64,000 nucleotides of DNA from Pyrinomonadaceae bacterium. Its GTDB lineage: Bacteria; Acidobacteriota; Blastocatellia; Pyrinomonadales; Pyrinomonadaceae. Below, piece after piece: positions 10,506-18,430 of this stretch. The position numbers were made by a program, and so were the translations under genes. Numbering within the stretch: position 1 is the stretch's first letter; each line of letters starts with the position of its first letter. Under the pieces are notes generated by a model. The model searched no databases. It saw nothing but the letters and a program-made list of their open reading frames with translations, and was not told where the DNA came from. The DNA lies in contig DATKDA010000071.1 of the NCBI GenBank assembly GCA_035512935.1, positions 7,042 to 71,041 of the forward strand, read 5' to 3'.

Positions 10506-10633
10506 ATTTTTGATTTGCGAGTTTTGATTTTTGATTTGGCGGCCTTCGAGTGAGGCTGCACGCCGAGGGTCTCTCCGCCATGGATTGAAAACCTGTAGCC
10601 GTGACGCAAATCAAAAATCCAAATTCCAAAATT
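10491..10633. repeat. intercistronic element made of two inverted 7-nt-unit arrays (member A)
   Basis: Left array: GACTTGA GATTTTA GATTTTT GATTTGC GAGTTTT GATTTTT GATTTGG (10491-10539). Right array: GCAAATC AAAAATC CAAATTC CAAAATT (10606-10633). 10505-10518 is the exact reverse complement of 10606-10619. Confidence 0.75.
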
Positions 10634-10644
10634 TCCGGAGTTAT

Positions 10645-10827
10645 ATGCCAAATCCAAAAAGACGACATTCCAAGGCCCGCCGTGGGAAACGGCGTGCGCA
10701 CGATGCGCTAAGGGCCCCTCAAACCAACCTGTGTCCGAACTGTCAGGAGCCGCGCCTCCAACATCGAGTGTGCCCAAAGTGTGGATTCTACAAGGGCCGC
10801 GAGGTTGTCCAGGTCGAACAGACTTAA
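10645..10827 (+). CDS. rpmF: 50S ribosomal protein L32
   Basis: MPNPKRRHSKARRGKRRAH N-terminus with a CPNC...CPKCG zinc ribbon. GGAG lies 5 nt upstream of ATG 10645. The upstream part of the 98-aa ORF is not homologous. Confidence 0.93.
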   Translation: MPNPKRRHSKARRGKRRAHDALRAPQTNLCPNCQEPRLQHRVCPKCGFYKGREVVQVEQT

Positions 10828-10851
10828 TCAATTCAAACGTTCAAGTCTCCT

Positions 10852-11931
10852 GTGCAAAACCAGTCGAAGAATGAGAGCCGTCTGACTGGGAAAGTTGTTC
10901 TCGATGCCATGGGCAGTGATCATGCCCCTCATGCCGAGATCGACGGCGCCCTTGCCGCCGCTCGCGACCTCGGCATCGTCGTAATTCTTGTGGGCCAGCC
11001 CGAGAAAGTTGAGCCCGAACTGCGTCGTTGTGGCTGGCGCGGCGATGGTGACCGGGGAATTGAACTAGTTGAAGCTGCTGAAGTGATCGGCATGGACGAC
11101 CCGGTAGCGACTTCAGTGCGACGCAAGAAGAAGAGTTCGCTCAGAGTTGGGACGAAACTGGTCACTGAAGGCCGCGCCGATGGATTCATTTCCGCGGGCA
11201 ATACCGGAGCGGCCATGGCTACCGCAAAAATGGTTATAGGCACGTTGCCGGGAGTTGATAGGCCGGCGCTGGCTGCTCTGATACCGACCAAATCCCCTCG
11301 ACCAACCTTGCTCCTTGACGTCGGCGCAAACTCGGAATGCAAGGCCCACCATCTGGTCCAGTTTGCCATCATGGGTGACGCTTATTCGCGGGCTGTGTTG
11401 GGCACGATCAAGCCTGCTGTAGGCCTGATGAGCATCGGCGAAGAAGAAGCTAAGGGCAACGACCTCACCAAAGAGGCCTTCCCCCTGCTCCGGAGATTGA
11501 GCACCCTGAACTTTGTCGGTAACGTCGAGGGTCGAGACGTATTTTCCGGCGCCGTTGACGTGATCGTAACAGACGGATTTACCGGAAACGTGATGCTAAA
11601 GCTGTCGGAGGGACTGACCGAGGCGATGCTCTCGATGATCAAGCGTGAGCTCACAGCCTCAGCGGTTACGAAGGCGGGCGCAATGCTCGCAAAGCCTGCC
11701 TTCAAAAACATCAAGAAGCGGCTCGATTACTCGGAATATGGTGGAGCGCCACTGCTTGGTGTCCGCCAGATTGTCGTTATCGGGCACGGGAGCTCCAATG
11801 CCAGGGCGATTCGCAACGCCATTCGCAACGTGAAGGAGTTTTCCGAAAATCGGGCTGGCGAACGAATCGAAAAGGGAATAGCCGAGACTCATGCGGCGCC
11901 GGCGATGGCCGGCGCCGTGGTCAATCTCTAA
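10852..11931 (+). CDS. plsX: phosphate acyltransferase PlsX
   Basis: DAMGSDHAP motif near the N-terminus, in the conserved position after rpmF. The GTG start at 10852 is uncertain by a few codons. Confidence 0.92.
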   Translation: MQNQSKNESRLTGKVVLDAMGSDHAPHAEIDGALAAARDLGIVVILVGQPEKVEPELRRCGWRGDGDRGIELVEAAEVIGMDDPVATSVRRKKKSSLRVGTKLVTEGRADGFISAGNTGAAMATAKMVIGTLPGVDRPALAALIPTKSPRPTLLLDVGANSECKAHHLVQFAIMGDAYSRAVLGTIKPAVGLMSIGEEEAKGNDLTKEAFPLLRRLSTLNFVGNVEGRDVFSGAVDVIVTDGFTGNVMLKLSEGLTEAMLSMIKRELTASAVTKAGAMLAKPAFKNIKKRLDYSEYGGAPLLGVRQIVVIGHGSSNARAIRNAIRNVKEFSENRAGERIEKGIAETHAAPAMAGAVVNL

Positions 11932-11994
11932 TTGCGGTTGGCTTTTCGTTAACTACTGGATACTATTACCGTCCACTTCAGGCTGAGGAAATAG

Positions 11995-12981
11995 ATGGCA
12001 AATTATCGCGCCGGAATTCTGGGCACAGGACATTCTTATCCGGAGGGCATTCTAACGAATGCGGATTTGGAGCGTATCGTCGAGACTTCGGACGAATGGA
12101 TCACGACTCGGACTGGGATCAAACAGCGCCGCAAAGCATCGCCGGGAGAGTATACGTCGCTATTTGCCGTCCGTGCGGCTCGCCAAGCGATCGAGCGGGC
12201 TCGTCTCGATCCCAGCGACATCGATCTCCTGCTGTGCGCTACGGTCACCCCGGATCAAATATTGCCCTCGACTGGATGCCTGATCCAGGCAGAACTGGGT
12301 GCTAATAAGGCCGCGGCGATGGATGTTGTCGCAGCATGCTCTGGCTTTCTTTATGGCGTGACCCTGGCGAACACCATGATTCAAACTGGTCAGTCGCGCT
12401 ATGCCCTGGTCGTTGGCGCCGAGATTCTTACTCAGTATGTCGATTACACCGACCGGCAGACTTGCGTCTTGTTCGGCGATGGCGCGGGAGCTGCGGTATT
12501 GGGACGGGTTGAGCCCGAGCGAGGCATTCTGGCAACGAGAATAAGATCCGACGGCCGTTATGAAGAACAGCTCTTCTCGCCCGGCGGTGGCACGAGACGT
12601 CCGCCCAGCAGTGAAACGCTGGCTGCGGGTGACCATTTCTTCAAGATGCGAGGTAACGAACTGTTCAAAGTGGCAGTCCGCTCGATGGCGGAGGTTTCCC
12701 GGGAGGTGCTCGAGGAGGCTGGTCTGCGTCCTGAAGACATTGACCTGTTCATTCCGCATCAGGCCAATCAGCGCATCACGGACGCGGTGGCAGCAAAGCT
12801 CAACGTCGATATTGCACGGGTTTACTCCAATATTGCGATGCACGGAAATACATCATCAGCCTCTATTCCAATCGCTCTTGATGAATGTGTCGAAGCAGGT
12901 AGAGTGAAGGAAGGTAACGTAGTGCTGATGGCGTCATTTGGTGGAGGTGTCACCTGGGGCGGTGTGCTAGTGAAGTGGTAA
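11995..12981 (+). CDS. fabH: 3-oxoacyl-ACP synthase III
   Basis: Active-site AACSGFLYG, plus the HQANQRI and GNTSSASIP motifs. Confidence 0.93.
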   Translation: MANYRAGILGTGHSYPEGILTNADLERIVETSDEWITTRTGIKQRRKASPGEYTSLFAVRAARQAIERARLDPSDIDLLLCATVTPDQILPSTGCLIQAELGANKAAAMDVVAACSGFLYGVTLANTMIQTGQSRYALVVGAEILTQYVDYTDRQTCVLFGDGAGAAVLGRVEPERGILATRIRSDGRYEEQLFSPGGGTRRPPSSETLAAGDHFFKMRGNELFKVAVRSMAEVSREVLEEAGLRPEDIDLFIPHQANQRITDAVAAKLNVDIARVYSNIAMHGNTSSASIPIALDECVEAGRVKEGNVVLMASFGGGVTWGGVLVKW

Positions 12982-13087
12982 CTGGTGAATGATAAATAGT
13001 AAATGCTGATCGATAAACCGGCTCTTTTTAGCTCAGTGCAATTCGCTATTTACCATTGACTATTTACCAATCACCATTTACGAATTA
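12979..13087. repeat. intercistronic element made of two inverted 7-nt-unit arrays (member D)
   Basis: Left array: TAACTGG TGAATGA TAAATAG TAAATGC TGATCGA TAAACCG (12979-13020, beginning with the fabH TAA stop). Right array: CTATTTA CCATTGA CTATTTA CCAATCA CCATTTA CGAATTA (13046-13087). 12983-13006 pairs with 13053-13076 at 20 of 24 positions. Confidence 0.75.
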
Positions 13088-13108
13088 GGATTTGCGATTA
13101 ACTAGAGA

Positions 13109-14056
13109 ATGCCATTAGCGTACATCTTTCCCGGCCAGGGATCCCAATTCCCCGGAATGGGCAAGAACCTGGCGGAAAATTTTTCTGTCGCCCGGCTGCT
13201 CTTTGAAGAGGCAAATGATTCTGTTGGGTTCTCGATTTTACGGCTGTGCTTTTCGGGACCGGACGAGTCGCTTCAGCTAACGGAAAACACACAACCGGCC
13301 ATTCTTACTACGTCGGTTGCTACCTTGCGTGTAATGCAAAGCGAAGGTTTTCCTGCGCCGGATTATGTCGCCGGCCACAGTCTGGGAGAGTATTCGGCAC
13401 TGGTCGCCGCCGGCGCCGTGCCCTTTTCCGAAGCGGTGCGAACTGTACGACTGCGCGGGCGCTATATGCAGGAAGCTGTGCCCGTTGGAACCGGTGCAAT
13501 GGCGGCAGTCATGGGCGCGGCTCTCAGCGATATAGAGCGTGTTTGCGCAGAAGCCAGTCAGAATCAAGTATGTGCCCCTGCCAACATCAACTCGGCCAAT
13601 CAGGTGGTAATCGCCGGGCACTCGGAAGCCATTGATCGAGCGGCTGAGATGTTGAAGAGTCTTGGGGCTCGTCGGGTGATTAAGCTGAACGTTAGCGCTC
13701 CTTTTCATTGCGCTTTGATGAAGCCGGCACAGGAGCGCCTGGAACAGGATCTCGAGACGGTTAATTTTAGTGACCTCAACACACCGCTTGTCACAAATGT
13801 CGATGCGGTGGAGATCACGAGTGGAACGGCAGCGCGTGACTCGTTGACCCGGCAGGTATCATCTCCGGTTCGGTGGCTGGAATCGATCGAGTTGATGATA
13901 GCGAATGGCAGCGACACGTTTGTCGAGATCGGCCCTGGCAAAGTCTTGTCTGGTCTGTTGCGGCAAATCAACCGGGAGGTTAGAAGCCTGAATGTTGAGG
14001 ATGCTGACAGTCTCAAAGTGGCCGGCAAGGACTTGGGGGTTTTTAAACGGTTATAG
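13109..14056 (+). CDS. fabD: malonyl CoA-ACP transacylase
   Basis: FPGQGSQ and GHSLGEYSAL (active Ser) motifs. Confidence 0.93.
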   Translation: MPLAYIFPGQGSQFPGMGKNLAENFSVARLLFEEANDSVGFSILRLCFSGPDESLQLTENTQPAILTTSVATLRVMQSEGFPAPDYVAGHSLGEYSALVAAGAVPFSEAVRTVRLRGRYMQEAVPVGTGAMAAVMGAALSDIERVCAEASQNQVCAPANINSANQVVIAGHSEAIDRAAEMLKSLGARRVIKLNVSAPFHCALMKPAQERLEQDLETVNFSDLNTPLVTNVDAVEITSGTAARDSLTRQVSSPVRWLESIELMIANGSDTFVEIGPGKVLSGLLRQINREVRSLNVEDADSLKVAGKDLGVFKRL

Positions 14057-14088
14057 TTCTTTGATGAATCACAGAGGAGCAAAATGAT

Positions 14089-14331
14089 ATGCCCGATCAA
14101 GAGATCGAGAATAAAGTCAAACAGATAATCGTCGACGAGTTGGGAGTGGATGAGAACGAAGTGACTCCAAATGCCCGCTTTATCGACGATTTGGGTGCTG
14201 ACTCGCTGGATACTGTTGAACTCGTCATGCGCTTTGAAGAAGAGTTTGGCATCGAGATACCTGACGAAGACGCCGAAAAGATCCAAAGTGTGCGCGATGC
14301 GTACAACTACATCGACCAGCACAAGAAATAG
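14089..14331 (+). CDS. acpP: acyl carrier protein
   Basis: 80 aa, with the [12 protein letters not shown] phosphopantetheine attachment motif. Confidence 0.95.
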   Translation: MPDQEIENKVKQIIVDELGVDENEVTPNARFIDDLGADSLDTVELVMRFEEEFGIEIPDEDAEKIQSVRDAYNYIDQHKK

Positions 14332-14409
14332 GTTCAGAAAGGTTCGGTTAATTTTGAGTGATTGCCGGATCACTGTTCCTGCAATGCTGTTCTTTAAGGA
14401 GCTTTAAAT

Positions 14410-15651
14410 TTGACACGTCGGGTTGTAGTTACGGGGGTGGGCCTGGTAACCCCGGTTGGAAATTCAGTCGAGTCAACGTGGGCCGCTCTCATGAGTGGTC
14501 GTAGCGGCGCCGATTACATCAAGAGATTTGATACCGAGAAGTTTTCCGTTCGGTTTGCCTGTGAGGTTAAGGATTTTGATCCGCTGAAATACATCGAAAA
14601 GAAGGAAGCTCGCAAGATGGGCGCCTTCATTCACTACGCTATCGGCGCGGCCGACGAAGCCGTCAAGGATAGCGGACTGGAAATATCAGATGACATTTCA
14701 GAGGAGGTAGGAACGTACATCAGCAGCGGCATCGGTGACTTTTGGGCTATTGAGCGAGAACACTCAAAACTGCTGAACGACGGACCCGGAAGGGTTTCAC
14801 CGTTCTTTATTCCATCTGCAATTGTTAACCTGGCCTCGGGTCAGGTTTCGATTCGTCATAACGCAAAAGGGCCAAACTCGGCCACCGCTACTGCCTGCTC
14901 GGCGGGCGCTCACGCTATCGGAGACAGTTTCAAGATCATTCAACGCAAGGCTGCTGATGTGATGATCTGTGGCGGGGCGGAATCGGCTATCACACCAATG
15001 TCGGTTGCAGGGTTTGCCGCGATGCGCGCCCTTTCGACACGTAATGATGATCCGGTACGTGCGTCACGTCCGTTCGAGCGCGATCGGGACGGCTTTGTGA
15101 TTGGTGAAGGCGCCGGGATCATGGTGCTCGAGGAGTTGGAGTTCGCCCGCCGGCGAGGGGCGCGAATCTATGCTGAACTTGTCGGCTACGGTATGACTGC
15201 CGACGCATTTCATATAACTATGCCGGATGAGACGGGCTCGGGAGCAATTCGGGTAATGCGTAAAGCGCTCGAGGACGCTGGGGTGGCTCCAGAGAAGGTC
15301 GGTTATATCAATGCTCACGGGACATCAACCCCCTACAACGACAAGTTTGAAACACTGGCGATCAAGAAAACTTTTGGGGAGCACGCTTACAAGCTGGCCG
15401 TAAGTTCCACTAAATCGATGACGGGCCATCTGCTCGGGGCAGCCGGCGGCATCGAGGGAGTTTTCTCGGCCTTGGCGATCCACCGGAATATGCTTCCGCC
15501 GACGATCAACTATTTCAATCAGGATCCGGAGTGCGACCTGGATTACGTTCCCAACGAGCCACGCGAAGTAAGAGTGGAATATGCTCTTTCGAACAGCTTC
15601 GGCTTTGGCGGCACAAATGCGGCATTGTTGTTTAAGAGGTATGAAGGGTAG
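14410..15651 (+). CDS. fabF: 3-oxoacyl-ACP synthase II
   Basis: Active Cys in ATACSAG, plus the NAHGTSTP and GHLLGAAG motifs. TTG start. Confidence 0.93.
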   Translation: MTRRVVVTGVGLVTPVGNSVESTWAALMSGRSGADYIKRFDTEKFSVRFACEVKDFDPLKYIEKKEARKMGAFIHYAIGAADEAVKDSGLEISDDISEEVGTYISSGIGDFWAIEREHSKLLNDGPGRVSPFFIPSAIVNLASGQVSIRHNAKGPNSATATACSAGAHAIGDSFKIIQRKAADVMICGGAESAITPMSVAGFAAMRALSTRNDDPVRASRPFERDRDGFVIGEGAGIMVLEELEFARRRGARIYAELVGYGMTADAFHITMPDETGSGAIRVMRKALEDAGVAPEKVGYINAHGTSTPYNDKFETLAIKKTFGEHAYKLAVSSTKSMTGHLLGAAGGIEGVFSALAIHRNMLPPTINYFNQDPECDLDYVPNEPREVRVEYALSNSFGFGGTNAALLFKRYEG

Positions 15652-15652
15652 T

Positions 15653-15784
15653 GGTCTTTGGCCTTGGGCCTTGGGTCTTTGTTTCGATATGCCAAGGAGC
15701 TTGTTTTAGCTATCGGCATCGGGTAAGACTCTAGAAAGTATTCGAAAATAGATAAGGAAAAGTAAAGGCCAAAGGCCAAAGACC
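15653..15784. repeat. intercistronic element made of two inverted 7-nt-unit arrays (member B)
   Basis: Left array: GGTCTTT GGCCTTG GGCCTTG GGTCTTT (15653-15680, 2 nt after the fabF TAG). Right array: AAAGGCC AAAGGCC AAAGACC (15764-15784). The arms are complementary at 19 of 21 positions. An (AT)6 run (15786-15797) follows and continues into the etfB ATG. Confidence 0.75.
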
Positions 15785-15795
15785 GATATATATAT

Positions 15796-16569
15796 ATGAA
15801 ACTTATCGTCATGATGAAGCAGGTTGCGAATAAGGACGCAATCCTGCGCATTAACAAGGAAGGAACCTGGATCGAAGAAGGGGACCTCTCGTTCGAGGTT
15901 AGTGAGTCCGACGGCTACGCGCTCGAGGAAGCACTGCGCGTAAAGGAGAAGCTGGGCGGCGAAGTTGTTGTTTGTTCGATGGGACCGGCTCGAGTTAAAA
16001 GCGTTATTAAGGACGCACTGGCACGGGGAGCTGATCGTGCAATCCACGTTGTTGGCGACAATCTAGGTCATCTTTCCCCGTATGCGACGGCAAGTGTTCT
16101 TGCTGCCGCGATTCGTGATGAGCAACCAGATCTGATCTTTACCGGCCTCCAATCCGACGATTACGGCTACGCGCAGACTGGGGCCATCATGGCAGAGTTG
16201 CTGGGCTTACCTCATGCCACGATCGTAATCGAAGTCGATGCGTCCGGTGAGAAACTCCGGGTAAAGCGGGAGCTTGAAAGTGGCTGGTACCAGTGGTACT
16301 CGATGCCGACGCCAGCATTGTTGACTATTCAATCCGGCATCAGCCAGATTCGTTATGCAACCTTGAAGGGGATCATGGCGGCCAAGAAGAAAGAGATTAA
16401 AGAGGTAACGCCCCCAGCGGAGTTAGTGGAGCGTCCTTCACACCAGAAGATTACAAAGATCTACCTGCCCGAAAAATCTAAGCAGACACAGTTCCTCGGT
16501 GATGGTGACGCGAAGGCCGGCGCGGTTGCCCTGGCCGAGAAACTGCACAATGAGGCGCGTGTAATCTAG
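15796..16569 (+). CDS. etfB: electron transfer flavoprotein beta subunit
   Basis: Typical EtfB N-terminus (MKLIV..KQV) with the length and order expected upstream of etfA. Confidence 0.9.
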   Translation: MKLIVMMKQVANKDAILRINKEGTWIEEGDLSFEVSESDGYALEEALRVKEKLGGEVVVCSMGPARVKSVIKDALARGADRAIHVVGDNLGHLSPYATASVLAAAIRDEQPDLIFTGLQSDDYGYAQTGAIMAELLGLPHATIVIEVDASGEKLRVKRELESGWYQWYSMPTPALLTIQSGISQIRYATLKGIMAAKKKEIKEVTPPAELVERPSHQKITKIYLPEKSKQTQFLGDGDAKAGAVALAEKLHNEARVI

Positions 16570-16571
16570 AG

Positions 16572-17555
16572 ATGAGCACCGGAATACTCACATTTATCGA
16601 ACATCGTGGCGGCGCTATAAACAAAACTTCATTCGAGGCTCTTGCGGCGGCACAGAGTCTGGGCCAACTGCAGCAGAAGGTCAGTGCTGTTGTTTTGGGA
16701 TCAGACAACCGCGCTATTGCCGATAAGGTGAGCGCTTTTGAGCTCGAAAAAGTTCTATATGCAAATAACGCAAAGCTCGCCGATTACACGCCTGACGGTT
16801 ACGCGGAGGCGATGGAAAAGGTCGTACGCCATACAGATCCCGCGCTGGTTATCATGCCGCACACCTACCTCGTTCGCGATTTTGCCCCCAAGCTGGCCGC
16901 GCGTTTTCAGAAATCGTTGATCAGCGACTGCATTCGAGCGCGAGTTGATGGCTCTTCAATCGTGTTCACGCGGCGCATCTTTCTCGGCAAGCTCGATGCC
17001 GACGTGATCTCTGATGACGAAGCGCCAATCTTCGCAACCTTCCAGTCCGGGGCTTATCGACCCGACCAGGCAGTGAAGGGAAGCGGTGCTCCGGTGGAAA
17101 CGGTGGAGGTCGAGGTCGGCGAGATTCGCATGACCCCTGAAGAACCTTTCCAGGAGGTTAAGCAAGCTGTTGATTTGAGTCGCGCGGACATCATTATTGC
17201 TGTTGGCCGGGGCATCAAGAGCAAAGAGAACATTGCGTTGGCTGAGAAGCTTGCCGAACTACTCGGTGGTGACATCGCAGCCTCACGTCCTATTTGCGAT
17301 GCGGAATGGCTGCCAATTGATCGGCAGATTGGATCGTCGGGCCAGACGGTGGCGCCAAAGCTCTACATAGCGCTGGGAATTTCGGGCGCCATTCAACACC
17401 TGGTCGGGATGAAGAATTCCGGCACGATTGTGGCCATTAATAAGGATCCCGAAGCGCCCATCTTCGACATCGCCGACTATGGCATTGTTGGCGATCTCTT
17501 CGAGGCAGTGCCTGTCTTGACGGAAGAGATTAAGAAGATCAAGGGCTTGTCTTAG
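16572..17555 (+). CDS. etfA: electron transfer flavoprotein alpha subunit
   Basis: C-terminal FAD-binding signature PKLYIALGISGAIQHLVGM. Confidence 0.9.
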   Translation: MSTGILTFIEHRGGAINKTSFEALAAAQSLGQLQQKVSAVVLGSDNRAIADKVSAFELEKVLYANNAKLADYTPDGYAEAMEKVVRHTDPALVIMPHTYLVRDFAPKLAARFQKSLISDCIRARVDGSSIVFTRRIFLGKLDADVISDDEAPIFATFQSGAYRPDQAVKGSGAPVETVEVEVGEIRMTPEEPFQEVKQAVDLSRADIIIAVGRGIKSKENIALAEKLAELLGGDIAASRPICDAEWLPIDRQIGSSGQTVAPKLYIALGISGAIQHLVGMKNSGTIVAINKDPEAPIFDIADYGIVGDLFEAVPVLTEEIKKIKGLS

Positions 17556-17629
17556 CCGCACTTCCCCGAATATTAGGCTTAAACGTGGGAACCTCACTAT
17601 TTCAGCCATATCCAATAACTGATCCATTC

Positions 17630-17657
17630 TTTCAATATTTGCCATTACCTGTATAAT
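17630..17657 (+). promoter_or_regulatory. candidate promoter of the vapBC cassette
   Basis: Perfect TATAAT at 17652-17657, immediately preceded by TG. The -35 is weak (TTTCAA 17630-17635, 16-nt spacer). It lies about 33 nt upstream of the vapB ATG. Confidence 0.4.
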
Positions 17658-17689
17658 ATGGCCGAGTTTTGGAAGCTGGAGGATATCCA

Positions 17690-17941
17690 ATGGAGGACAC
17701 AACTACAGTCAAAGTAGCGGAGGGGGGAAGGTTCGTCATACCAGCCAGGTATCGCCACAGCATGGGACTTAAAGATGGCGACGAAGTCGTAGTGCGGTTC
17801 GTTGACGGTGAACTTCGAATTCTTACGCGTGCTGAAGCGGTCCGCAGAGCTCAGGAGATTGTTCGCCGTCACGTGCCTAAAGGACGCTCTCTGGTTTCCG
17901 AGTTGAGTTCCGAAAGGCGGAAGGAGGCCAAGAGTGAATGA
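17690..17941 (+). CDS. vapB: AbrB/SpoVT-fold antitoxin (VapB-like)
   Basis: VKVAEGGRFVIPARYRHSMGLKDGDEVVV is a swapped-hairpin AbrB-type motif. GGAGGA lies 6 nt upstream of ATG 17690 (the ORF track started at TTG 17669). It overlaps the next gene by 8 nt. Confidence 0.75.
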   Translation: MEDTTTVKVAEGGRFVIPARYRHSMGLKDGDEVVVRFVDGELRILTRAEAVRRAQEIVRRHVPKGRSLVSELSSERRKEAKSE

Positions 17942-18317
17942 GTATGTTCTGGACGCGTCTGCCGTACTCGCCTTACTCAACCAGGAGCCTGGGCACAATA
18001 GAGTAGCACCGCTGCTCTCTCAGTCGGTGCTTTCAAGCATAAATCTCTGCGAGGTCTTGGGTAAGCTTATCGATGCCGGCATTGCTGCTTCCGAGGCAAA
18101 TCAAACCGTGGAACTCTTGGGAATGCCCATAGTTCCGTTTGATGCAGAGTTGGCGCTTACAACTGCGGAATTACGTACTGATACGCGGTCACTTGGTTTA
18201 TCGCTAGGCGACCGCAGTTGCATTGCCTTGGCACGCAATCGTGGCGCAACTGCAGTCACGGCTGAAAGGTTATGGAGTAAGCTAAAGCTTGGCGTGACTA
18301 TAGAGGTAATTCGATAG
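17934..18317 (+). CDS. vapC: PIN-domain ribonuclease toxin (VapC)
   Basis: 127 aa with an N-terminal VLDASAVLALL acidic residue and a distal LGDRSCIALA acidic residue typical of PIN. The GTG start overlaps the vapB stop. Confidence 0.85.
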   Translation: MNEYVLDASAVLALLNQEPGHNRVAPLLSQSVLSSINLCEVLGKLIDAGIAASEANQTVELLGMPIVPFDAELALTTAELRTDTRSLGLSLGDRSCIALARNRGATAVTAERLWSKLKLGVTIEVIR

Positions 18318-18325
18318 AAGATTCA

Positions 18326-18430
18326 CTACGCCTGCCGTGCATAGCTGACTGTTAACATCTCCCATTGATGACCGTCCGGCTTGTTCCAGTAAACGATGCG
18401 GCCGCCGTCATGCGAGCCTCTGAAATATTC
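18326..18430 (-). pseudogene. possible remnant of a VOC/glyoxalase-family gene (about the last 34 codons only)
   Basis: The tail VEYFRGSHDGGRIVYWNKPDGHQWEMLT resembles the final beta-strands of VOC proteins (DPDGxxWE). The upstream part of the 63-aa ORF overlaps the neighbouring gene and looks non-coding. Confidence 0.3.

Noticed and set aside
10531-10644. N-terminal extension of the rpmF ORF (98-aa version)
   Set aside because: L32 homology starts at MPNPKRR (10645), which has its own GGAG. The extension runs through the heptamer-array element.
12160-14373. 227-aa and 222-aa ORFs on the minus strand (12160-12843 and 13705-14373)
   Set aside because: Both are antisense to fabH and to fabD/acpP, whose identities are unambiguous. 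Their composition is typical of antisense frames.
14357-14374. Hairpin AGTGAT-TGCCGG-ATCACT after acpP as a terminator or attenuator
   Set aside because: It has only a 6-bp AT-containing stem and no following T-tract. That is too weak to call.
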